From Planctomycetota bacterium (GTDB lineage: Bacteria; Planctomycetota; Phycisphaerae; SM23-33), in contig JACRIL010000152.1 of the NCBI GenBank assembly GCA_016235825.1, positions 53,414 to 117,413 on the forward strand: a DNA stretch of 64,000 bases. The letters run 5' to 3'. This document shows positions 25,298 to 34,189 of this stretch, piece by piece. Each line of letters starts with the position of its first letter. Position 1 is the stretch's first letter. Made by a program: the position numbers and the translations under genes. Below the pieces are notes generated by a model. It ran no database searches and was not told the DNA's origin. It saw only the letters and a list, made by a program, of their open reading frames with translations.

Positions 25298-27310
25298 ATG
25301 CTAAAGGCAACTGTATCTGATTGCCATCTCGCACAACGCTGTCCTCGCCTGCTCGCCAGGCTGAGGGGCGGAAGCGGGAATGCCTGGAAGGTGGGCCTTG
25401 ACAGTTCCGGCGATATTCCGGGGCAGTTGTTTCACGATCAGTTCGCCGCTCCGTTTCATAAGGACATGGCCGCCGCATTCGGAAAGCCGGGCGACTCGTT
25501 TGCCGAGATCCTGCGCGGTCCGGCTGAATCGCTGGGAGATCGAATTTCCTTATTTCTCAGGAATCAATACTTCATCCCCTACCTGGAGAAGCACAGCGAA
25601 ACGTTGACGGCTGACCAGGCCGTAGGGCTGGCGGGGTGCATGACGCGATGGAGCGCGGTCATGGCCGTATTCCTCGCCCCTCTTGTGGGTGACGAAAAAG
25701 ACACCCGCGCGGTTGTCCGGCGCGTGTTTCATCCTCCCGAGCGGTTGCTGCAGGCCGAGCACCAATATGAAGACGGCGAACGGCTGACCGTTTCGGGTCG
25801 TTATGACGCCCTTCTTCTGGACAGCAGCAAGGGCGAGGCTGTTGTGCTGGATTTCAAAGGGCGGCGGCCAACGGATATCTGCGAGGATTTCACGCAGATC
25901 GTTCTGTACGCTTGGTTGATCCGCGAAAGCACCGGCGTCGTTCCCCGGGGGATGGTACTCTACCTCGATGGCGATGGCGGGACAGCCGAATTCCCTGCCG
26001 CGGAGATCGAGCGGGGCATCTGCCAACTGCCCCATCTGTTCGACGATGTGCGGCAGGTAGTAGAGAATCGCGGCCCCCTGCGTCGGGCTGCAGATGCGGC
26101 ACTTTGTCGGGTGTGTCCCTTCGATAAGGCATGTACTGACGAGCCGGGCGTATCCGTTGCTGTCGGGAAGCCACTGAATCCCGTGGCAAAACAATTGGAT
26201 ACTAAACCCCCTCCGCTCGGGAAACCCATCGTGAATTTCCAGGATCAACAGGAGGGTAAGGTCGCTCTGGGGCGGCTCTGCGACCTGCTGGATCGGGTAG
26301 GGTTGCCTTCAAAACCATACGGGGTCATTGTCGGCCCCAGATTCCTGCGTCTACAGATCGTGCCGGAACTTGAGAAAGGCGTTACTGTTGGCAAATTGGT
26401 TAATAAGGCCGAGGATCTCCAGGTCGCACTTGCCTTAAAGGCTCCGCCGCTGATACAGGCTCAACCGGGCCATATCAGCGTCGATCTTCCTCGTAGTAAC
26501 CGTGAGCCGCTGACGCTCGGCGCACTGCTGGAGACTGGCGTTGCAAACCGCCCGGCCTCGACTTGTGCGTTTCCCCTTGGGATGACAATCGAGGGGAAGG
26601 TGTTCTGGGTCGATCTGGCAGAACCCACTATGACCAGCATCCTGATCGGCGGCACTTCCGGCAGCGGCAAGAGCGTGCTCCTGCAGTCCGTCGTCGTGGG
26701 TCTTGGCCTTTGCACCCCACCGGGCGGAGTACGGTTCGTGCTAATCGATCCCAAGCGGGTGACTTTCACGCAATATGCAAAATTTTCATGCGTGGAGAAT
26801 CCGTTATATCTCGATATCGAACCTGCCCTCGCTCGCCTTAAACAATTGGTCGAAGAGATGGATGATCGATACCGCCTCTTTGAGAACGAGGGCGTGTCTG
26901 ATGTCCTCTCCTATGCCAGTCAGACGGAAAAAACGATCTGCCATTATGTTGTCATTATCGACGAATACGCGGATATGATTCTGGACCGTCAAATGCGCAA
27001 TGCTCTGGAAATCTGCATTCAACGCATCGGTCAGAAAGGCCGAGCGGCCGGATTTCACCTGATTCTGGCCACGCAACGGCCGGACGCCAAGGTGGTGACG
27101 GGGATCATCAAGGCAAACCTTCAACTCAAGATATCCCTGAAGGTCGTGTCTGCCAATAACAGTCGAATCATCCTCGACGAGGCAGGCGCGGAATACCTGA
27201 TTGGCCACGGTGATATGCTTGTCGGAGGCAGCACCGCTCTTGAGAGGCTGCAAGGTCCCCTCGTAACGAAGACCGAGCTTGATCAACTTGCTCTGCGGCA
27301 AACCCGATGA
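25298..27310 (+). CDS. Fusion protein: N-terminal Cas4/RecB-like PD-(D/E)XK nuclease with 4-Cys Fe-S cluster + C-terminal FtsK/SpoIIIE-family DNA translocase ATPase
   Basis: Nuclease: Cys at SDCHLAQRC plus CRVCPFDKAC (C-x2-C-x5-C), motif II GRYDALLLD, motif III VVLDFKG, QxxxY as TQIVLYAWL. Motor: Walker A ILIGGTSGSGKSVLLQS, Walker B YVVIIDEYADM, FtsK signature GFHLILATQRPDAKVVTGIIKANLQLKISLKVVS...LDEAGAEYLIGHGDML. Start could alternatively be TTG 25280 overlapping upstream stop. Confidence 0.65.
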   Translation: MLKATVSDCHLAQRCPRLLARLRGGSGNAWKVGLDSSGDIPGQLFHDQFAAPFHKDMAAAFGKPGDSFAEILRGPAESLGDRISLFLRNQYFIPYLEKHSETLTADQAVGLAGCMTRWSAVMAVFLAPLVGDEKDTRAVVRRVFHPPERLLQAEHQYEDGERLTVSGRYDALLLDSSKGEAVVLDFKGRRPTDICEDFTQIVLYAWLIRESTGVVPRGMVLYLDGDGGTAEFPAAEIERGICQLPHLFDDVRQVVENRGPLRRAADAALCRVCPFDKACTDEPGVSVAVGKPLNPVAKQLDTKPPPLGKPIVNFQDQQEGKVALGRLCDLLDRVGLPSKPYGVIVGPRFLRLQIVPELEKGVTVGKLVNKAEDLQVALALKAPPLIQAQPGHISVDLPRSNREPLTLGALLETGVANRPASTCAFPLGMTIEGKVFWVDLAEPTMTSILIGGTSGSGKSVLLQSVVVGLGLCTPPGGVRFVLIDPKRVTFTQYAKFSCVENPLYLDIEPALARLKQLVEEMDDRYRLFENEGVSDVLSYASQTEKTICHYVVIIDEYADMILDRQMRNALEICIQRIGQKGRAAGFHLILATQRPDAKVVTGIIKANLQLKISLKVVSANNSRIILDEAGAEYLIGHGDMLVGGSTALERLQGPLVTKTELDQLALRQTR

Positions 27311-27329
27311 TGGGTTAACTATTTCCCAC

Positions 27330-27378
27330 GTGCAACCCTGGCACGGCAGGCGTGCCGTCGCCTGACGGCAAGTTGCAC
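27330..27378. terminator. Nested GC-rich hairpins between convergent genes (terminator-like, no T-run)
   Basis: gtgcaac(27330-27336)/gttgcac(27372-27378) outer stem; inner ggcacg/cgtgcc (27340-27356) and gccgtc/gacggc (27354-27370). Confidence 0.25.
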
Positions 27379-27381
27379 GCC

Positions 27382-29295
27382 CTACGATTTGAAGGAGACC
27401 TTTTCGAGTTGGAGGTTTCGCTTGTTGCTTCTGAAGGCCAGGCGGGCGTGTGCGGTCTGGACGTTGAGCACGCCGCCGGGCGCGGTTTTAACGTGTAGTT
27501 TTCCGGCCTGGGATTCCCGCGAGAAGACGCTGACGATGAAGGTTTTTTCGGCGGCCGGGACGGCCAGGCGGATGATGTTGTCGGTTTGTCCGTGCCCCAG
27601 CGGCCTGGTCTGCGCGGCGGCGGCGGCCTTCGACGTGCAGGCCAGGGCGAAGTGCATCGCCGTCAACTGGCCGGCGATCTGCCCCGACATGCCGTGGGCG
27701 TCCAGGTGCACCGGTCCGCTGACGTGCCAGAACAGGTCGGCCTGGGCCGGGCCGGAAAGATGCAGTTCATCGACAACCACCAGTCCCCTGCCGGCGTGTG
27801 CGGCCGGGTCCATCAGCAGAATCGCATGGCGGATGAATCTGTTGTTCTGGCCGAAGGCGTCGCCGGCCTCGCAGGCGAGCCATCGGAAGTCGTCGCCGGC
27901 CTGGGCCTCGATGATCGAACCCTGGGCGTCTATCCGGTGGTCGCTGTCGGAAAGGATGATCGTGTTGTGCGCCCGGGCCTGCACCTCGTAGAAATCGTCT
28001 TTGGCAGGCATGGCGAATTCCATCGTCTGCGGCGACTGGCCCGGATCGGTCAGCACCATCTCGCCGTCGGCCTGAAACTGGATGGAGTTCATGTCGCGCT
28101 GCGAGTGGTGGGCCGAGAGGTCGCCGGTCTTTGCGGCAAGATACATTTTGGGCCTGGGCCAGGCGTCCGCCATCGCGGCCCAGCCGATCTCATTGAAGAC
28201 CTTCACGGGCGCCAGGCCGGGGGTTATCGCCGCCGGCAGGTCCGCCGGGCGGAAGAGCAGCGCCAGGCCCACGCTCGACCAGCCGGTCGAGCCGACGTCG
28301 CGATGGAAGGCGTACGCGTCGAGCCACCATGCGAGTTCCTTCTGGCCGTAGTGGCGGGCCAGCAGGTACAGCGCGCCGTAAAGCGGGGCGACCGGCGAGT
28401 CGCCGAAGCTGGCCGGATGGCCGTTGGGCGTGAAATAGATCGGGAAAAGCCCCGTGGCGTTCATGCCGCGGGTGTGATAGATCGACTGGTCGTGGAGCAG
28501 CCGGCTGCTCGCCTCGGCCAGCAGGCAGACGTACCGCATGGCGTAGCCCCAATAGCCGATCCCCTCGTCCCATCCGCCCTCGCGGCCCAGGGCGTCGAAG
28601 AAGTGTCTCAGCCCGTCGCGTGCCTGCCGGCCGGCCCTGGCGGCAAGCGGCTCGTCGTCCGAAAGGGCCATCGCGGCTATCGCGCAGCCGCTGTTGACCA
28701 CCGCGTTCCAGGCGTGATAGCAGGAGTACCACCACGCCCCGGCCTTGACCGCCGCAAGATACGGATCGACGACCTTTTTGCGGATCGCCTGCATCACCCT
28801 CAGCCGGTCCGGCTCGGAGAGGTCCTCCCAGAGCCAGTCCAGCCCGACCGCCGCGGCGACTGCGGCCTCGGCCGTGCACAGATCGACCAACTGATCGCTG
28901 TGGCAGGGATCGACCCAGTTCGTCCAGCCGACCAGATTCCGCAGTTCCTCGACGGCCCGGCCGCGGTACGCCGGATTCGCGTCGATGTGATGGGCGATAA
29001 GCAGGTCGAAAATCCTGCCCTGTGAGGTCCGGGCCGCCTGAAGCCCGCTTGCCCAGACGCCCTGCTGCCACATCGACCGCCAGTGCTGCTCGGTCATCGG
29101 GCTGGATTCCAGAATTTTTGCGCATCGCTTCCGCAGCGCGTCGTAGAAGGCGTCGAACGGCTTTTTGCCGATCCGCGCCGCCAGGCCCTGAAGGTCCTGT
29201 CTTGTCGCCAGTATGCCGCGTCTCATCCTTGCCTCGTCCCGGGCGGCGTTCCGTCCGCCCGACGAATCAAAGCATACGACTACTTTGGCCAACAT
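27382..29295 (-). CDS. Heparinase II/III-like family polysaccharide lyase
   Basis: 637 aa; alpha/alpha-toroid-like N-half with W/Y-rich helices and C-terminal SAHHSQRDMNSIQFQADGEMVLTDPG (H-x-H-x-D...D.G signature of heparinase II/III-like C-domain). Start codon uncertain (29-nt overlap with upstream ORF; internal Met at 29226 possible). Confidence 0.55.
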   Translation of the reverse strand: MLAKVVVCFDSSGGRNAARDEARMRRGILATRQDLQGLAARIGKKPFDAFYDALRKRCAKILESSPMTEQHWRSMWQQGVWASGLQAARTSQGRIFDLLIAHHIDANPAYRGRAVEELRNLVGWTNWVDPCHSDQLVDLCTAEAAVAAAVGLDWLWEDLSEPDRLRVMQAIRKKVVDPYLAAVKAGAWWYSCYHAWNAVVNSGCAIAAMALSDDEPLAARAGRQARDGLRHFFDALGREGGWDEGIGYWGYAMRYVCLLAEASSRLLHDQSIYHTRGMNATGLFPIYFTPNGHPASFGDSPVAPLYGALYLLARHYGQKELAWWLDAYAFHRDVGSTGWSSVGLALLFRPADLPAAITPGLAPVKVFNEIGWAAMADAWPRPKMYLAAKTGDLSAHHSQRDMNSIQFQADGEMVLTDPGQSPQTMEFAMPAKDDFYEVQARAHNTIILSDSDHRIDAQGSIIEAQAGDDFRWLACEAGDAFGQNNRFIRHAILLMDPAAHAGRGLVVVDELHLSGPAQADLFWHVSGPVHLDAHGMSGQIAGQLTAMHFALACTSKAAAAAQTRPLGHGQTDNIIRLAVPAAEKTFIVSVFSRESQAGKLHVKTAPGGVLNVQTAHARLAFRSNKRNLQLEKVSFKS

Positions 29296-30823
29296 TCAAG
29301 GTGTGGAGGCCATGCACACCGATTTGCCAGGAAATTTCCCGATTTTCGAGCACCTGCTGGGGAATCCGGACGCTCGCGCCTGCCGGGGCGGTTGCCGGAG
29401 TTTTCTTTTCATCCTTTTTGCCGCCGCCGGAGAGGCAGACCACGAGGATTATCACGCCTGCGATCAGCACCAGCAGTATACCGATTGCGGACAGGCCGAT
29501 TATCAGGCTTCGCTTGGCCCCGCCGCGATTTGCGTCCAGGATGATCTGCTGCTGGGTGGTGTCGGAATCGATCTCGGCGATGGCGGCCAGAAGGCCTTGT
29601 GCCTTGGCGATTTCAGTCTCGACGGCCTGGGGCCTGGCCGGCGACTCAAAAACTGCCTGCCCGAACGCCCGCTGTGCCTCGGTCAGCGGCCCCTGTGCGG
29701 CCTGGGCAGCCTGTTCGGCCTGGCTCCGGGCGTTGTTTGCGGCGGCCAGTTCGCCTTCTTTGGCGGACTTGACCTGGTTCCATTTTTCCTTCGCCGCGGC
29801 CAGTTCGGCCGCCTTTGCGTCGGCGAGCGACTTGGCCTGATCGTGCGTCTTGCCGGCCTGGTCAACCTTTTCCTGCGACTGGGCGCGGGCAGACTCGATT
29901 TCGGCAATCTGGGCGACAAGCTGCTTTGCCCGGACGACCGTCTCGAGGGCGCGAACTTTCTCATCGGCCTGGGCGAGTTGGACCCGGACCGACTCGAACT
30001 GGCTGGTCCGATCCTGATACGCCTGCCGGGCCTGGCTGTCGCGCTGCCGGAGTTCGTCGATCCGGCGGTTGTTTTCCGCTGTCCGGCTTTCGAGATTCTC
30101 CTTCGCCGCCGCAACCTTCTGATCCTTGTCGGGCGTCTGCAGCGCCTGGGCTGCGGAAAGTTCGGCCTGAAGATGCGTCTCCTCGCGATGCACTTCCTTC
30201 TGCGCATGTGCAAGCGTACCGGCGGCCGTTTGCGAACCGGTCAGCGCCTCGTGCATCGCCTGCTGCGAGGCCGACATGTTGGCCTGAATCTGTCCGCGAG
30301 ACTGGTTGGCCTCGCCGAGCCGCGCATCGAGCGCGTCGCCGGAGATCGCGCCGGCCCCCAGCGAAGAAAGCTCCGACTGCGACTTGGCGAGCCGGCCTTC
30401 AGCGTCGCCCAACGCCTTGCGGGCCGACGACAATTCACCCGCCGCGGCCGCCTGCTTCTGCGCCAGCGGCTGGTACTGGCCGTCCAGTTCGGCGATTATG
30501 CCCGTGTGCTCTTTCGTCGCGGCGTCCAGGGCGTCCTGGGCCGACTTGGCCGACTGCTGTCTCTGGGCCAGCAAGTCCTGCGCGTCGGTGAGTTTGCCGC
30601 GGGCGTCCTTCAGCGGCCCGAAAGCGGGCAGATCGCCGCACGCCCCGGCCTGCTCGGCCTGCTTGCCTATCTCCAGATACGAGGCCGACATCTCGCCAAG
30701 CGTCGTTTGTTTTCTCGCCGCCAGTTTCTTGATCTTGCCGCGGGCGTCCAGATACGTCCTGGCCGAGCGGAAATCGCCGCCCAATCTGCCGAAAAATCCG
30801 ACTTGCCGGGTATCGCCATTCAT
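29267..30823 (-). CDS. Coiled-coil protein with C-terminal transmembrane anchor
   Basis: 518 aa, long Ala/Gln/Glu/Lys-rich heptad-like region, single TM LIIGLSAIGILLVLIAGVIILVVCL near C-terminus. Confidence 0.4.
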   Translation of the reverse strand: MNGDTRQVGFFGRLGGDFRSARTYLDARGKIKKLAARKQTTLGEMSASYLEIGKQAEQAGACGDLPAFGPLKDARGKLTDAQDLLAQRQQSAKSAQDALDAATKEHTGIIAELDGQYQPLAQKQAAAAGELSSARKALGDAEGRLAKSQSELSSLGAGAISGDALDARLGEANQSRGQIQANMSASQQAMHEALTGSQTAAGTLAHAQKEVHREETHLQAELSAAQALQTPDKDQKVAAAKENLESRTAENNRRIDELRQRDSQARQAYQDRTSQFESVRVQLAQADEKVRALETVVRAKQLVAQIAEIESARAQSQEKVDQAGKTHDQAKSLADAKAAELAAAKEKWNQVKSAKEGELAAANNARSQAEQAAQAAQGPLTEAQRAFGQAVFESPARPQAVETEIAKAQGLLAAIAEIDSDTTQQQIILDANRGGAKRSLIIGLSAIGILLVLIAGVIILVVCLSGGGKKDEKKTPATAPAGASVRIPQQVLENREISWQIGVHGLHTLNVGQSSRML

Positions 30824-31087
30824 GCCGAAATCCTTTCAGAAAAACTTCCTTCGGGCCGACGGGCCTGAAATAACCTTCCTTGCCTGATATCTACACCCCG
30901 GCCCCGGCCGTGTCAACCGGCTGAAACCCTGATTCATCACCGGTTTTAAAACGTTCTTCTTCCGATCATCTGCTGCCGCAAAACTGTCTCATCTGTCAGG
31001 GAATCTCAATCAGCTTTTGCCTTCGACGAGCCATTACGGCGAGCCGGCCGTCGCAGAGCTTGAATTCCGTTCCCCGGTCAATTATAT

Positions 31088-32956
31088 ATGGCGGCAATAT
31101 CCATCCCGCGGGCCTATATGCAAACCAATCAGGATATGAACAAGCCGCACATCTTGCGCTGGCTGAGCTATGTGCTCAGGCACAAACGGCTGCTTGCCCC
31201 GGCCTTTCTTGCCATATTTTTCGGCATGGCGGTGGATGTAACTCTGCCCAAGGTTATCGGCTTCATCATCGACGGCATGCTGACGGAGCCGAATATCCGG
31301 GCCGCTTCTGTCCGAATGCCTTTTGCCGGAGATATGGATATCCACTGGGCGTTCATCGCCGTCATGGGCGTCCTGCTGGGCCTGCTGCTGATCCGGTCCT
31401 TCGCCGGATTCACAAGGTACTACATGCTGGCCAAAATCGGCGAGCACGTCCACGTGGACATCCGCGGCAGCCTGTTCGCGCATCTCCAGCGCCTGCCTAT
31501 CAGCTATTTCGACCACAGCTACACCGGCCGGATCATGGCCAGGCTGACCACCGACACAGACGCCATGTGGCACCTGCTCAACGACGGCATATCGTCTGTG
31601 ATCGTGCCGTCGATAACGGTGATCGTCGTGCTGATAATCCTGCTATGCCTGAACGTGTGGCTGACGCTGCTGTCGCTGCTGTGTGTGCCGGTCATCGCCC
31701 TGGTCTATGCGCGGATGCGAGGCCGCGCACAGAACTCCACCAGGGCGCAGCGCGAGGCGGTGGCCAGCCTTTACACCCGCCTCCAGGAACGGATAAGCGG
31801 CATCAGGCTGATCCGGATTTTTGGCCGCGGGCAGGACGAGACAAGATCGTTCAACGACGAGCTGCAGGGGCTGTTCAACCGCAACATGGAACTCTGCGGA
31901 ACCTTTGCCAGCCTCGGCGCCAAAAGCCATTTCCTCACCGGCTCGACCACGTCGATCATCCTGTGCCTGGGCGGCATCGCGGCGGCGATGGGCAAGCTGA
32001 CCATCGGCGAATTGATCCAGTTCTACTTGTACTCCGGCATGCTCTTCAGCCCGATCGACCAGATCACCCGGGCCTCGGCCAGCGTCTTTACGACCGCAAA
32101 AATCGCGATGGAGCGGATTTTCGAGCTGCTGGACGCCTCCGAGGCCGTCGAACTCAAAGGCCCCAACACGCCCTGTCCGCGGCTGACCGGCAGGGTGGAA
32201 TTCCGCGGCGTGAACTTCGGATACCGGCCGGAAAAGCCCGTGCTGAAGGACGTCTCGTTTGACGTGGCCGCCGGACGGACCGTCGCGCTCGTCGGACCCA
32301 GCGGCGCGGGCAAGACGACCATAGTGAACCTGCTGTGCCGGTTCTACAACCCGACTGGCGGAGAAATCCTGATCGACGGCCTGCCGCTCAACCAGTTCGA
32401 GGTCGAGAGCTTTCGCAGGCAGATAAGCTACGTTACGCAGGAGGATTTTTTGTTCTCCGGCACGATAGCGGACAATATCGGATACGCCCTGCCGCAGGCT
32501 GACATTCAGGAGATCGAGCGGGCCGCCAGGCAGGCCAACGCCCACGATTTCATCAGCCAGCTTCCCCACGGCCTCCAGACGCCGGTCGGCGAGCGGGGCG
32601 TAACCCTCTCGGGCGGGCAGAAGCAGCGGATCAACATCGCCCGCGCGCTGCTCCGCGACCCGGCCATACTCATCCTCGACGAGCCGACCTCCGCACTCGA
32701 CGCCGAAAGCGAATCGATCCTGCTGGAGGCCCTCACGACGGTCTTCAGGGACAGGACCGTCTTCATAATCGCCCACCGGCTTTCGACGGTGATGTCGGCC
32801 GACACGATCATGGTCCTGGACGGCGGGAAAATAGCCCAGCAGGGCGGCCACGCGGCGCTGATGAGCCAGGAAGGCCTCTACGCCGAACTGTGCAAAAAGC
32901 AGTTCCTCGGCTTCGGCGGCAGCCAGAAAAACGGAACCGCCGGAAAAGCCGGATGA
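31088..32956 (+). CDS. ABC transporter, fused permease/ATP-binding exporter (MsbA-like, type I)
   Basis: Six-TM N-half; NBD with Walker A GPSGAGKTT, signature LSGGQKQRINIARALL, Walker B ILILDEPTSALD, H-loop IIAHRL. Start may be ATG at 31136 (MNKPHIL). Confidence 0.8.
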   Translation: MAAISIPRAYMQTNQDMNKPHILRWLSYVLRHKRLLAPAFLAIFFGMAVDVTLPKVIGFIIDGMLTEPNIRAASVRMPFAGDMDIHWAFIAVMGVLLGLLLIRSFAGFTRYYMLAKIGEHVHVDIRGSLFAHLQRLPISYFDHSYTGRIMARLTTDTDAMWHLLNDGISSVIVPSITVIVVLIILLCLNVWLTLLSLLCVPVIALVYARMRGRAQNSTRAQREAVASLYTRLQERISGIRLIRIFGRGQDETRSFNDELQGLFNRNMELCGTFASLGAKSHFLTGSTTSIILCLGGIAAAMGKLTIGELIQFYLYSGMLFSPIDQITRASASVFTTAKIAMERIFELLDASEAVELKGPNTPCPRLTGRVEFRGVNFGYRPEKPVLKDVSFDVAAGRTVALVGPSGAGKTTIVNLLCRFYNPTGGEILIDGLPLNQFEVESFRRQISYVTQEDFLFSGTIADNIGYALPQADIQEIERAARQANAHDFISQLPHGLQTPVGERGVTLSGGQKQRINIARALLRDPAILILDEPTSALDAESESILLEALTTVFRDRTVFIIAHRLSTVMSADTIMVLDGGKIAQQGGHAALMSQEGLYAELCKKQFLGFGGSQKNGTAGKAG

Positions 32957-33037
32957 CCCCCGATGGAATCGCCTGTATGCGTCGATTTTCGATGTAACTT
33001 ATAACCGGTAATGATAATATAAGAGGTAAGCATCGCG

Positions 33038-34177
33038 ATGCCGGGCGACAGCATGACTGACATGGAGACTAAAATTCCGGCTCTTTCCGCCGCGCCTGAC
33101 CGCTGGCTGGCCTACGGCGACGCCATGCGCGTCCTGGGCGTCCTGGCCGTCCTGCTGGTCCACACCTGCGACATGGTCGTCTTCTCCGACAAGACCGGCA
33201 ACCGCGACTGGTGGATCGCCGACTGCATCGACGCCGCCGGCCGATGGGCCGTGCCGGTCTTCATCATGCTCAGCGGGGCGCTTCTGCTGGACTCATCGCG
33301 AAAAGAAGGGACGCTGGAGTTTTATCGCAGGCGGCTGGTCAGGCTGGGCATCGCCATACTGTTCTGGTCGGCGTTTTTCATGCTGTTTTCCGTCTATTAC
33401 ACCAAGTGGCGGGTGTGGGACTGGTCCAGCCCATGGAGCGTCTGGCGGGAACTGCTTTACGGGGCTCCCTACATGCACATGCACTTCGTCTTCCGGCTGG
33501 CCGGGCTTTACGCCGTAACGCCGATGCTCCGCGTCTACGTCCGCAACGCCCCGCTCAGGCTGCGGGTTTTCGTGGTGGTCCTGCTGCTTGTGGTCGGCAT
33601 AGCCGACTCGACGGCATCGGCCTTCCTGGAATGCAAGTCGAGCGGATTTTCGATCTTCTGGTCCTTCCTGGCGTTGTATCTGGCCGGCAACGTCCTGCGC
33701 GAGGTGAAGGTCGGCCGGACCCTGGCGGCGGCGTCATGGTGCGTCGCCATCGTCTCGGCGGCGGCAATGGCCGTCGGAACGGGCCTTATCGTCCAGCCCG
33801 GCAGGGTGCCCCAGCCCTTCCCTTCGACCGACATGATGCTCTACGATTTCCTCAGCCCGCCCCGCCTGTTGCTTTCAATCAGCGCGTGGTTCATCTTCGC
33901 GCACGCCTTCGGCCGGCTGGCGAAGCAGTCGCCCCTGCAAAAGATTTTAGGCTTCCTCGCCCCGCTGACGCTGGGCATATACCTTGTCCATCCGCTGTTC
34001 CGCGAGATTATCTTCAAGGAGATAACCGGTCCAGGGGCGATTTACGGCGGATACGCCTTCACCTGGCCGAACGTCTGGCTGGGAATATTGATTGTTTTCG
34101 CGATAATAAGCGCGGCCAGCACGCTTCTGACGTTTATCCTGAGCAGGGTGCCGCTTGTCCGCAAAATCGTCGGCTGA
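33038..34177 (+). CDS. Acyltransferase family 3 (membrane O-acyltransferase)
   Basis: 379 aa, ~10 TM helices, N-terminal RxxYxDxxRxxGVLAVLLVH and SGALLL motifs typical of acyltransferase_3 (OatA/OafA-like). Confidence 0.6.
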   Translation: MPGDSMTDMETKIPALSAAPDRWLAYGDAMRVLGVLAVLLVHTCDMVVFSDKTGNRDWWIADCIDAAGRWAVPVFIMLSGALLLDSSRKEGTLEFYRRRLVRLGIAILFWSAFFMLFSVYYTKWRVWDWSSPWSVWRELLYGAPYMHMHFVFRLAGLYAVTPMLRVYVRNAPLRLRVFVVVLLLVVGIADSTASAFLECKSSGFSIFWSFLALYLAGNVLREVKVGRTLAAASWCVAIVSAAAMAVGTGLIVQPGRVPQPFPSTDMMLYDFLSPPRLLLSISAWFIFAHAFGRLAKQSPLQKILGFLAPLTLGIYLVHPLFREIIFKEITGPGAIYGGYAFTWPNVWLGILIVFAIISAASTLLTFILSRVPLVRKIVG

Positions 34178-34189
34178 AAAAGGTCTGCC

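Noticed and set aside
27586-29025. 479-aa plus-strand ORF (and other long alt-frame ORFs such as 29213-30868, 33211-34200, 34331-35494, 36155-36733, 46834-47991, 57873-60143)
   Set aside because: All lie antisense or out-of-frame to genes with recognisable domains (heparinase-like lyase, coiled-coil protein, acyltransferase, esterase, CorA, ArnT-like GT, vWA proteins). Their Arg/Gly/Pro/Ala-dominated composition is what high-GC DNA produces in non-coding frames.
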